The position numbers and the translations under genes were made by a program. Below the pieces are notes generated by a model. It had not been told where the DNA came from. It saw only the letters and a list, made by a program, of their open reading frames with translations, and made no database searches. Positions 50,009-58,792 of a stretch of DNA of 64,000 nucleotides are shown here, in pieces. This stretch comes from Cyclobacteriaceae bacterium (GTDB taxonomy: Bacteria > Bacteroidota > Bacteroidia > Cytophagales > Cyclobacteriaceae), in the NCBI GenBank assembly GCA_050185175.1, contig JBFWZR010000008.1:2659-66658 (forward strand), read 5' to 3'. The first letter of the stretch is position 1; each line of letters opens with the position of its first letter.

Positions 50009-51208
50009 CTAGTTTTTCAGCCACTGTTCGGGATCGACCGGTGTTGTGTTTTTTCGAATTTGAAAGCGCAATTCCGAGATGCCTTCCGCATTCGTCAAAA
50101 CCTGACCAATTTCTTGATTGGTGTTCACTTTTTGACCCTTGTTCACTGACACGTCTTTTAGTCCGGAGTAAACAGTGAAATAGTCGCCATGACTGATGAT
50201 CACCGAGTTTCCAATAGACGGAATAAATGCCACTGCCCTCACTTCGCCATCAAAGATGGCTTTCACTTTTTCATTTTGTTTTGTTTGAATGTTGATACCA
50301 TCATTTTGCAAAATGATCCGTTTCAACACTGGATGATTTTGCCTTCCAAATTTCTGTGAGATAATTCCAGAAGCGGGCCACGGGAATTTGGCTTTATTGC
50401 CCTCAAAGTTGGCGGAAAGTTTTACTGCTGCTTCAGCTGTTTTTGCAGAGTTTGCCGCACGAGCTTCTCTGGCGGCTCGCTCCATCTCCTCTTTGATGAT
50501 ATCACTAATAAGTTTGTCAAGCTTGGCTACTGCCTTGCGAGTGTCTTCAATCTCTGACTTAAGTCGTTTCTCTTCCTTCTCCAACTTTTTTACCAGTGTG
50601 TTTTGCTTCTGCTTCAGGCTGGTGAGTTGATTGTTTTGTTTGATCTGATCTCCAAGCAGTGAATTCTTTTCCTTTTTGATCTCTTGAGTTTCAGTCACCT
50701 GGTCAGCTAATACTTTCTGTACTCTTTGGATTACCTCAGCCTGATCTTTTCTTGCCGCACTATACTGCTCCATGTATTTCAGCCTCATCAGCATCTGGTC
50801 AAAGGATTCGGCCGAGAAAAGAAATAGGAGTTTGTCGACTTTGCCGCTGGCTCGCTGCGCAGACTGTAGCATAGTCGCATATTCTTTTCTTAGTTGCTTT
50901 AAATCCTCCTCGAGCGATCCAATGATCTCCGACTTTTGATCGATATCGGAGTCTAAAACGTGAATCTCACTTTGAATGGATCGAATGAGTGATTCTTGCT
51001 GATTGATGCGTTGATTGAGGGCGATAAGTTCCCCGAGTGAGTTTTGCTTTTGTTGCCCTGTTTCCTCAAGTATTTTCTCCGTCTCGCGAATCTTCCTCAG
51101 ATTCTCCTCTTTCTCTTTTTGCAGTTGGGTTTTGGTCTTTTGGGCAAACGCTCCAAAAGAAATGAATAACAGAGCGACAATAAATATTATTCGTCTACCT
51201 TCTGTCAT
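50009..51208 (-). CDS. EnvC-like murein hydrolase activator (coiled coil plus degenerate LytM/M23 domain)
   Basis: It has a signal/anchor and about 230 aa of heptad-like K/E/Q-rich sequence. The C-terminal M23-like domain has its metal-ligand positions substituted (NDGINI, YSGL, ELRFQI). Confidence 0.75.
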   Translation of the reverse strand: MTEGRRIIFIVALLFISFGAFAQKTKTQLQKEKEENLRKIRETEKILEETGQQKQNSLGELIALNQRINQQESLIRSIQSEIHVLDSDIDQKSEIIGSLEEDLKQLRKEYATMLQSAQRASGKVDKLLFLFSAESFDQMLMRLKYMEQYSAARKDQAEVIQRVQKVLADQVTETQEIKKEKNSLLGDQIKQNNQLTSLKQKQNTLVKKLEKEEKRLKSEIEDTRKAVAKLDKLISDIIKEEMERAAREARAANSAKTAEAAVKLSANFEGNKAKFPWPASGIISQKFGRQNHPVLKRIILQNDGINIQTKQNEKVKAIFDGEVRAVAFIPSIGNSVIISHGDYFTVYSGLKDVSVNKGQKVNTNQEIGQVLTNAEGISELRFQIRKNTTPVDPEQWLKN

Positions 51209-51947
51209 ATTTGCGTGGGATGTTGAACGGGAACCTTAGTTCCTTGTCGCCCACCTCGGCCTTGTTATACTCAAAGGTAATCACGTTATTCAGTATACCT
51301 CCAGGTGTTTTGTAGTAAAGATTAATGACGCCATTGTAAGGAAATATTCGATCCTCCACTGCTTGAAAATTGGTGTAATTTAGTGTGATAGAATTCTTAG
51401 TGTCCTCTTCCGTCAGCTCTACTCGCTCAATCTTTGAAATGGAAGCGTTGATAAAATTCTTTATCAATACCGACCCGTTTCTTTGTTCAAGCAAATCATT
51501 ATTTGCCAGGCGCTGTACTTTGTCTTCTGCACTTCGCTCTTGAATCAAATTTCCCAGGAACGCAGCTTGTACCACCTGATAATTGATTTCAAAATTGAAA
51601 CGTTTTGACAACTCAGCGTAATCAAAAACAAAGTATTCCTTGTCCACAGTGCTCACCACTGTAATGGAGTCGTGATTAATTAAAGCTTTTCCTCCCTGTA
51701 CGCCAATGACAGAAAACGTCATCCAGATCACGCTATCCTTCCTCACGCGTATGTTGGCTTTTACCTCCCGTTCCCTTTTGCCGTCATTGTAATTCAGCCG
51801 GGCTTTGCCATGAAAGTACTCGAAGTCAATCTCCTGAATGGAAAGAGTTTTGGAGAGCTCGCCATCAATGGTGGGAACTACTTTTTTACTGCACGCCTGA
51901 AATACTAGCGGAACAATCAGTAAGAGGCCAAGGGCTCTACGTTGCAT
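51195..51947 (-). CDS. DUF4292-like lipoprotein
   Basis: The lipobox is LIVPLVFQAC. The 250-aa size and the position between a TPR protein and an M23 protein match a conserved Bacteroidota arrangement that I recall from memory. Confidence 0.5.
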   Translation of the reverse strand: MQRRALGLLLIVPLVFQACSKKVVPTIDGELSKTLSIQEIDFEYFHGKARLNYNDGKREREVKANIRVRKDSVIWMTFSVIGVQGGKALINHDSITVVSTVDKEYFVFDYAELSKRFNFEINYQVVQAAFLGNLIQERSAEDKVQRLANNDLLEQRNGSVLIKNFINASISKIERVELTEEDTKNSITLNYTNFQAVEDRIFPYNGVINLYYKTPGGILNNVITFEYNKAEVGDKELRFPFNIPRKYDRR

Positions 51948-52004
51948 TGAGGTCTAGGATTGCTAAAAAATATTGCTAGTCTATTAAAAATTGGGCTAAA
52001 ATAA

Positions 52005-53771
52005 TCAATACAATCTTCTGTTGGCTATCTTTTTATCTATAAGTTCATTTGTATTGTCAAGGGATTTGGCTCTTTGCCACTGTTTCACCGCTTCTTCAAT
52101 ATTCCCGAGCTTAAAAAGGATATCACCGTAATGCTCAAAGAAAGTAGGATTAGTTGGCTCGGTCTGGATTATCTTCTCCATTATCTTTCTGGCATCTTTA
52201 AATTTTCCTCTAGCAAATAACACCCACGCATAGGTGTCCAGATAGCTATTATTGTCGGGATTATTTTTCACGGCAAGTGCCGACATCTTTTCTGCTTTGT
52301 CCAGGTTTTCGTTTCGCAGTGCTAAATAATAACTGTAATTATTCAGGATGAGATTATTGTTGGGATTGAACGAAAGTGCTGCTTCATAGGCTTCGTCAGA
52401 CTTGTTGTATTCTTTCAAGCCGTTGTATGCATCTCCTAAAAGTGCATTGATTTCACTCACCAACCCTTCATTGGCACTTGATAGTCTTTTTGCCTGCTCA
52501 AGTGAGTACACTGCTTCGCGATAGTTTTGTTTCCTCGAATGAGCGTAGCCATTGTAATAGTAAAGCATCGCCTGATTGGGGAACAACTCCATGCCCTCTT
52601 CGCTGTGGCTAATGATACTGTCCATTTCATTATCTACAGACTCCAGGTACAGAAGATTTTGCCATGCGTCAAAGCTGGTTGATCCCTGCTGAATGGCTGC
52701 AAGGTATTCTTGTTTTGCTTGGCTGTTTTCACCAATGCCGAGATACAAATCACCACCAACGATATGAACGTTTGGTTCATTGGGGTAGGATGACTTAAGG
52801 AGATCGAATAACTCAAAAGTGAACTTTGTCAATTCCAAATCCGCTTTGCCTTGACTTTGCAATTGATTAAGTGTGGCCGCATAAGTACCCACTACAATGA
52901 TTTTACTGCTCACATCAACAGATGGATCGTGAAACACTTCTTGTAAGTAAGTTCGTGCTTTCGCTTCCTGGTTGTTATCGCGATAGAAACCCGCAAGTAA
53001 CATTTTTGAACTTCCGCCCTCGGGGTGTTCCTTGATATATTGCTCAAGAACTTCGATAGCTTTCGCCAACTGATTATTTCGCGCCAGTGTCTCAGCGAAA
53101 TTCATTGCATAACTCTCCTCATCGGGAAACGCTTCCAGGAGTTTTTGTCCTTCTTCAATTGCTTCCTTCACCTTTCCCTGCTGAAAGAATATCCTTTGCT
53201 TGTTGAGTGTCGAAATCTCGTTGACGCCCATAAGCGACTCAGCTCTATTGTAGGCCTTAATGGCTTCATCAAGTTTGTTGTCATACTGGTAGGTAGCTGC
53301 TAATTGATAAAGATATTCCTCCGTTCCACTTACTTCTTTCATCATCGTCTCCAGTAATTGTGCTGCCTTCGAGAAGTTGGACAGGTTGGAATAGATATTA
53401 GATGCGAGGAGATAGAAGTATTTATTTTTGTGATCCAGCCTCAAGGCGTTTTCTATGCTAATTGATGCTTTAATAAGATCATCTTCCTTAGGGCTTTTGG
53501 ATAGTATCTCAGCAATTTTAAAATGTACGGTTGCGCTTCTGGGATCCAGTTCCGCAACTTTTTGAAAGTACAACAGCGCCTTTGTGTAGTCCTCCAGGAT
53601 GTAATACTTTTCGCCTTCAACAAAGTAGAACTCTGCCTCACGTAGTCGCGCTTCACTAAGTTCAGCATTGTCACTTTTTTTTCGCTTGTCCCTCTGGGCC
53701 AATGAAGGCGTGGCGCTCTGCCAAAACAGAACAGTCAGCGTAATAGTGGCTAAAAAAAATCGCGTGGTCAC
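52005..53771 (-). CDS. tetratricopeptide repeat protein
   Basis: It has many TPR-like repeats (A..Y..AL..DP.N). I prefer the GTG at 53771, 13 nt after the upstream stop. It gives VTTRFFLATITLTVLF..., a signal-like N-terminus. The ORF-track ATG at 53834 would overlap the upstream gene by 50 nt. Confidence 0.7.
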   Translation of the reverse strand: MTTRFFLATITLTVLFWQSATPSLAQRDKRKKSDNAELSEARLREAEFYFVEGEKYYILEDYTKALLYFQKVAELDPRSATVHFKIAEILSKSPKEDDLIKASISIENALRLDHKNKYFYLLASNIYSNLSNFSKAAQLLETMMKEVSGTEEYLYQLAATYQYDNKLDEAIKAYNRAESLMGVNEISTLNKQRIFFQQGKVKEAIEEGQKLLEAFPDEESYAMNFAETLARNNQLAKAIEVLEQYIKEHPEGGSSKMLLAGFYRDNNQEAKARTYLQEVFHDPSVDVSSKIIVVGTYAATLNQLQSQGKADLELTKFTFELFDLLKSSYPNEPNVHIVGGDLYLGIGENSQAKQEYLAAIQQGSTSFDAWQNLLYLESVDNEMDSIISHSEEGMELFPNQAMLYYYNGYAHSRKQNYREAVYSLEQAKRLSSANEGLVSEINALLGDAYNGLKEYNKSDEAYEAALSFNPNNNLILNNYSYYLALRNENLDKAEKMSALAVKNNPDNNSYLDTYAWVLFARGKFKDARKIMEKIIQTEPTNPTFFEHYGDILFKLGNIEEAVKQWQRAKSLDNTNELIDKKIANRRLY

Positions 53772-53784
53772 CTGCGTCAGGTTG

Positions 53785-54786
53785 TTAGATCTTACAGTAG
53801 TCTCCGAGGCTGAGGTCTTCCGGACTTCCTTCAAAATTAACGAAATTCCCCAACATGCTATTGCTTAATACGGCATTAGACACCTCACTGTTTTTACCAA
53901 TGATGGAATTTGAAATTCTGGCATCACGTATTGTGGTGTACTCGCCAATTGATACGTGAGGTCCCACTACCGCATTCTCAATAGTGCATCCTGAAGCAAT
54001 AGAACAAGGACCGATGATATGGCTATTAGTCAATTTCACGTCTGAAGAGATCAGGTCTTGATCTTTTATAAACTCCAGATATCGTTTGTTGGTGTCGATC
54101 ATTGCCTGCTTGTTTCCACAGTCCAGCCACTGGTCAACCTGGCCTGGCGTAAATCGCGAACCAGAAGCTGTCATTCTGGCTAACGCTGTGGTCAGTTGGT
54201 ATTCACCTTTTTCTTTGATGTCGTGATCGAGAAGGTGTTGCATCTCTGCTCTCAACTTCGCTCCATCTCTGATATAGTAAATGCCGATAATAGCAAGATC
54301 AGAGACGAATGAAGAGGGTTTTTCTACAAGTTCTATAATTTGATTTTTATCGTTCAGTCTCACCACCCCGAACTGTGCTGGGTTATCAACTTTTTGCACC
54401 CAGATCACTCCATCACTGGAAGTATTAAGTTTAAATTCAGTTCTAAATAATGTATCGGCAAAAGCAATGATCACTTTTCCGTCAATAATTTCTTTCGCGA
54501 AAAGCAAAGCATGCGAGATACCCAACGCCTCTTTCTGATAATAAACCTTTCCCTGCGCACCAACTTGCTCTGCTACCCTTAGCAGGTCCTTTTCAACATC
54601 TGCGCCAAAGGAAGGATGGATGATGAAACCAATGAAATCAATTTTTTCGGGGCAAACCTTTGCGATGTCTTCGACCAACCGGTGAACAATTGGTTTTCCT
54701 GCTATCGGAAGTAGTGGTTTGGGAGTTGTTAAGGTATGTGGCCTTAGTCGTTTTCCCAACCCAGCCATGGGGATAATGATGTTCAT
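53785..54786 (-). CDS. sugar-phosphate nucleotidyltransferase with C-terminal left-handed beta-helix
   Basis: The N-terminus IIPMAGLGKRLRPHTLTTPKPLLPIAGKP has the GxGxR motif. The C-terminus has hexapeptide repeats (IGPCSIASGCTIENAVVGPHVSIGEYT...). Confidence 0.75.
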   Translation of the reverse strand: MNIIIPMAGLGKRLRPHTLTTPKPLLPIAGKPIVHRLVEDIAKVCPEKIDFIGFIIHPSFGADVEKDLLRVAEQVGAQGKVYYQKEALGISHALLFAKEIIDGKVIIAFADTLFRTEFKLNTSSDGVIWVQKVDNPAQFGVVRLNDKNQIIELVEKPSSFVSDLAIIGIYYIRDGAKLRAEMQHLLDHDIKEKGEYQLTTALARMTASGSRFTPGQVDQWLDCGNKQAMIDTNKRYLEFIKDQDLISSDVKLTNSHIIGPCSIASGCTIENAVVGPHVSIGEYTTIRDARISNSIIGKNSEVSNAVLSNSMLGNFVNFEGSPEDLSLGDYCKI

Positions 54787-56294
54787 TATTTAGTATTGTT
54801 CTGAGCTGTTGATAATTTCTTACGCTCAATGAAGAATGCGGTTGCACAAAATACCAACATAAGTAAAGTATGGAAACCAGTAGCGGTCAACTGGGACTCA
54901 AATTGAAATTGTGATGAAATCCAAATCAATCCGGCCGCGAAAAGTATGTACGATAAGGCGGGTATGATGGCGTACGGGATCGGATAGTGCCGCTGACCTG
55001 TAACATAACACGCGATAGCCATTGATAAGTAGCACGCCAGCGAAGCCCAGCTGCTGCCTACGTAACCTGATATGGGTATCAAAATGAAATTGAGAACAAT
55101 GGTAAGAATGGCACCACCCACGGTTATGAATGTGCCATAGTAAGTTTTGTCAGTTAGCTTGAACCAAACAGAGAAGTTATAATAGACGCCAAGGAAAAGA
55201 TATCCCGCGAGAAGAATCGGGACGGTAACAAGTCCCTGATAGTAGTCTTCACCACCCAGAAATTTTAAAATGTCAATGTTGATGGTGACGGCAAGCAAGA
55301 TGAAGCTGGTAACAATGACAAAAATGTGATTTACCCTTGCAAAAAGTTGAGGGGAGTTTTTATCTGATGCGTTAGAAAAAAAGAAAGGCTCCGCTGCAAA
55401 GCGAAATGCCTGAATCGCCAAATTCATAATCACAGCATATTTGTACGCTGCTGAAAACAACCCGATGGCATACATTGAATTTTGTTCTCCATAAAACCCT
55501 TCTGGCAACCACCACTCCATCGTCCAGCGGCTAAACATCTCATTGGTCATGCCTGCTAACCCGGTTAACATAACGGGGTAGGCGTATCTCAACATATGTG
55601 AGAGTACTTCTTTATCGAGCTGTGGCTTCCAAGTGATCAATAACTTTGAGAAGAACAGAAGATAAAAAGCGTTAGCCACCAGATTGGCTAGAAAAACGTA
55701 TTCAATTCCATATCGGGATTCGCTTGAAGCGGCATCAACCAATCTTTTGATATCGAAAGTGACCTCGCCCTGGATGAACCAATCGGCAATTACAAAAAAG
55801 TAAAGATTCAATCCCACCAGGATCAGCACGTTTACAATTCGTGCGAATGCAAAACGAAGTGGTTTTTTTTCCAACCGTAAACGGGCAAACGGAAGAGCAA
55901 CCACTCCATCGATAAACATGATGATCGCGAGCCAGATGATATAGTGCTCCTTTCCGGGAATTGAAAGTGAATTGGCAATAGGTGTGGCGAGAAGTATAAA
56001 CAGGCCTGACAGTATGATGCTGAGTGATGTCACTACCGTCTGCGCGATATTAAATATTCTTTTAGGGTCGCTGCCCTCTCGTGTGGCGAATCGAAAGTAG
56101 GCAGTCTCCATCCCAAAAGTGTAAACGATGTTGAGGAATGCTACGAACACATACAGGTAGCTGACCACGCCATAGTCTTCTGGGTTGAAAACCCTTGTGT
56201 GCAGGGGGAACAGAAGGAAGTTCAGGAACCTTGGGATTATGCTTCCCAGTCCGTATAGGGCAGTTTCACCTGCCAGCTTTGATAGCTTCGTCAA
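54786..56294 (-). CDS. MOP-superfamily polysaccharide/oligosaccharide flippase (Wzx/MurJ-like)
   Basis: The 502-aa product has about 14 TM segments and the N-terminal region ETALYGLGSIIPRFLNFLLFPLHTRVF. The start is TTG. Its stop shares a nucleotide with the start of the downstream gene. Confidence 0.7.
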   Translation of the reverse strand: MTKLSKLAGETALYGLGSIIPRFLNFLLFPLHTRVFNPEDYGVVSYLYVFVAFLNIVYTFGMETAYFRFATREGSDPKRIFNIAQTVVTSLSIILSGLFILLATPIANSLSIPGKEHYIIWLAIIMFIDGVVALPFARLRLEKKPLRFAFARIVNVLILVGLNLYFFVIADWFIQGEVTFDIKRLVDAASSESRYGIEYVFLANLVANAFYLLFFSKLLITWKPQLDKEVLSHMLRYAYPVMLTGLAGMTNEMFSRWTMEWWLPEGFYGEQNSMYAIGLFSAAYKYAVIMNLAIQAFRFAAEPFFFSNASDKNSPQLFARVNHIFVIVTSFILLAVTINIDILKFLGGEDYYQGLVTVPILLAGYLFLGVYYNFSVWFKLTDKTYYGTFITVGGAILTIVLNFILIPISGYVGSSWASLACYLSMAIACYVTGQRHYPIPYAIIPALSYILFAAGLIWISSQFQFESQLTATGFHTLLMLVFCATAFFIERKKLSTAQNNTK

Positions 56295-56414
56295 TGGCTA
56301 ATGTTAATCGAATTTGGCAATCCCAAAATTGGTCAATTATGACCTATTGATCGAGTTCTTGCTCCATTGAATTTGTAATCTGTCAGTTTCTTCGTTGGTC
56401 TCTAATTCCCTGTA

Positions 56415-56487
56415 TGAGACGAAATACCAAGCCCGCAAAATCTATTTCTTCTAAACCTTGCATGGGTGGGTAGAATTTTTCGTCTCA
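56415..56487 (+). promoter_or_regulatory. long imperfect hairpin in the 311-nt leader of the T9SS cargo gene
   Basis: A perfect 10-bp inverted repeat, TGAGACGAAA (56415-56424) / TTTCGTCTCA (56478-56487), has partial inner pairing (TACC.../...GGTA). A second hairpin, GCCAAAAG/CTTTTGGGGC, lies at about 56523-56553. Confidence 0.3.
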
Positions 56488-56605
56488 AATGGACGTTTGA
56501 GCCCATTATTGTATAATTTTCGGGCCAAAAGTTACATATGAGCCTTTTGGGGCATAGATGTAGCATTTACAAATTGCCGGGTTTCTTAAAGCCCAGGATT
56601 AGGTT

Positions 56606-58792
56606 ATGATACATTTGCATAAGAGGGCTGCTCAATACTTTTTATCATTTTTTCTTGTTCTGAGCACACTACTAGGGAGCCAACAAGCACTAGCGCAGTG
56701 TTCGGGCACTGCAACTGCAGCCACTTCAGGAAACTGGAATAGCGGTGCACCCGCTTCTCGGGCAACCTGGACTTTCACAGGGGGCGCCACTTCGCCCAAT
56801 GACGCATGTCTTATCGTAATACCAAATGGGATAACTGTCACGATAAATAACAACCAGACCTTTATTGGCAATGTTGAGGTTTATGGCACCCTGGATTTAG
56901 CCAATCAGCTTAATTTGGGAAGTACGGCCGGTTGTGGCCTTACATTGAAAATATTCGGAAGTGGCCTTTTAGCTGGCGCTGGTGCATCTGAAAGGTTGAT
57001 TATTTGCGGAACGACAGTGGTAACAGGTCAACCCGTGACGCCTCCTGGTGCGGTCGACTGGCCTGCGGACGGAAGCTTTTCTGCAGGTGATCTGGGTGGA
57101 TCGGGTGCCGGATTTGGTGAGTCAGGATCTTTTGCGAATTCAAGCTATACCTGGGTAGGAACTACCAGTGATTGGACCGTTTCAACCAATTGGACACCAA
57201 GCCGAAATACTCCCGCAACGGCTGATGATTTAACTTTTAACGCCAGCGGTACTATCAAGAGCATCACTAATATCCCTTCTCAGACTGTGGGTAAAATTTT
57301 GGTAACGGGTAGTGCCACCTATAGTTTTGTTCCGGCAACAAGCAACAATACGCTTACGCTGTCCTCTACTAGCGGCAACGCTCTCCAAGTAGATAACGGA
57401 TCAACTTTGGGAATAGGATCTCCGGCTTTGAACCTGACTATGCCTACAGGTGGAACTGCCAGCATCGGTGGTCAGCTTAATTTGGTTAACGGAAATTTCG
57501 GTGCAGGTGGGGCTACAGTTGTGCTTCATACAAACTCCACACCTTTGGCTAGGACTTCCGGACAGATGTCACTGAACTCGTCCAGTGTTTTAAAGTTTGG
57601 AGACACGGGTTTAACCACTGGTGGGGTAATCACTTTACCCAACTCAATTTTTGTTTCATCCCCAACTATTTCATCGTTGATTGTCAATCGCACGAATGGT
57701 GCTACACTTGGCGATCAATCAATTACGGTTAATAGTGGCGCGACATTCACGCTGGGTGATTTGAACACTAATGCTGCAGGAAGAATAAAGTTCTCGTCAT
57801 CCTCCACAAATCCAACAGAGTCAACTGCCAGCAAAATTGTTGGTTATGCAGAGATGAATTTGAGAGCAGTTAATACTGGCGCGTTAAATTTCCTTGGTCT
57901 ATCGCTGGCCGCTGGTGCTGACAACCTTGGCAGTGTGACTTTGGTTAGAAGGACAGGTGCCTCAGGTATCAACACATTCAATTCTAACCAGAGTATTGCT
58001 TCCTCATGGGATGTGTCTTCCTCTGCGGAACCTGTGAGTGGTCGAAACATAAGCTTTAGTTGGCAATCAGCATTCGACAATGTGACCACCGCCAGCAACA
58101 TGTTTCAATCTTATGTTTTTAACTCAGGACCAGGATGGACGGCCATTGGAGCTCTACAAAATTTAGCATCCGTTGGTCCTCCTCGCCAGACCGTAGCTGT
58201 TGGTATCACCAAATTGTCTGATACATTCACCGTTACCGATGCCAGTCAATCGTTGCCAGTTGAGTTGATATCCTTTACTGCAAAAGCAGGTTTCGAGAGT
58301 GCGATCCTTGAGTGGGCTACCTCATCTGAATTGAATTTTGATTATTTCTCAGTTCAGAGATCAACCAATGGAAAGGATTTTGAAGAGATTGGTCAGGTAT
58401 CTGGTCATGGAACGACAGATAATAGACATGACTATTCTTTTGTGGATGAGTCGGTTTTAGTTCAGAACCTCTATTACCGATTGAAAACAGTTGACTTTGA
58501 CGGATATACAGAGTATTCCAGCATTGCAATTGTTGATTTCAGTGGGGCTAAAGCTGCTATAGTTTACCCGAATCCGGTCGAGGACGAGAGGTTGTTTGCA
58601 AAATTCAATTTTGAGGTGACAGATGAAACTCGGATTGAAATCACAGACATGGTTGGATCAAGAAAACTTAGCCTTGTATTGCCGAACTCGGGATCGGATT
58701 TATTTATCCCAATCAGCATTGAGCCCGGAACTTATATCTTACTGTTGAAGACAGGCGACTTCACATCCGTGCAAAGGATCGTGGTGAAGTAG
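56606..58792 (+). CDS. secreted T9SS cargo protein (type A C-terminal sorting domain)
   Basis: It has a signal peptide (...QQALAQ). The CTD is IVYPNPVEDERLFAKF...IEPGTYILLLKTGDFTSVQRIVVK. It is preceded by the LPVELISFTAK...YYRLKTVDFDG module. The body is Gly/Thr/Ser-rich and beta-helix-like. Confidence 0.8.
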   Translation: MIHLHKRAAQYFLSFFLVLSTLLGSQQALAQCSGTATAATSGNWNSGAPASRATWTFTGGATSPNDACLIVIPNGITVTINNNQTFIGNVEVYGTLDLANQLNLGSTAGCGLTLKIFGSGLLAGAGASERLIICGTTVVTGQPVTPPGAVDWPADGSFSAGDLGGSGAGFGESGSFANSSYTWVGTTSDWTVSTNWTPSRNTPATADDLTFNASGTIKSITNIPSQTVGKILVTGSATYSFVPATSNNTLTLSSTSGNALQVDNGSTLGIGSPALNLTMPTGGTASIGGQLNLVNGNFGAGGATVVLHTNSTPLARTSGQMSLNSSSVLKFGDTGLTTGGVITLPNSIFVSSPTISSLIVNRTNGATLGDQSITVNSGATFTLGDLNTNAAGRIKFSSSSTNPTESTASKIVGYAEMNLRAVNTGALNFLGLSLAAGADNLGSVTLVRRTGASGINTFNSNQSIASSWDVSSSAEPVSGRNISFSWQSAFDNVTTASNMFQSYVFNSGPGWTAIGALQNLASVGPPRQTVAVGITKLSDTFTVTDASQSLPVELISFTAKAGFESAILEWATSSELNFDYFSVQRSTNGKDFEEIGQVSGHGTTDNRHDYSFVDESVLVQNLYYRLKTVDFDGYTEYSSIAIVDFSGAKAAIVYPNPVEDERLFAKFNFEVTDETRIEITDMVGSRKLSLVLPNSGSDLFIPISIEPGTYILLLKTGDFTSVQRIVVK

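Noticed and set aside
53772-53834. A 50-nt overlap between the TPR gene (ATG at 53834) and the upstream nucleotidyltransferase gene.
   Set aside because: The overlap disappears if the GTG at 53771 is used. That start gives a hydrophobic signal-like N-terminus directly. It is probably an ORF-calling artefact rather than a real long overlap.
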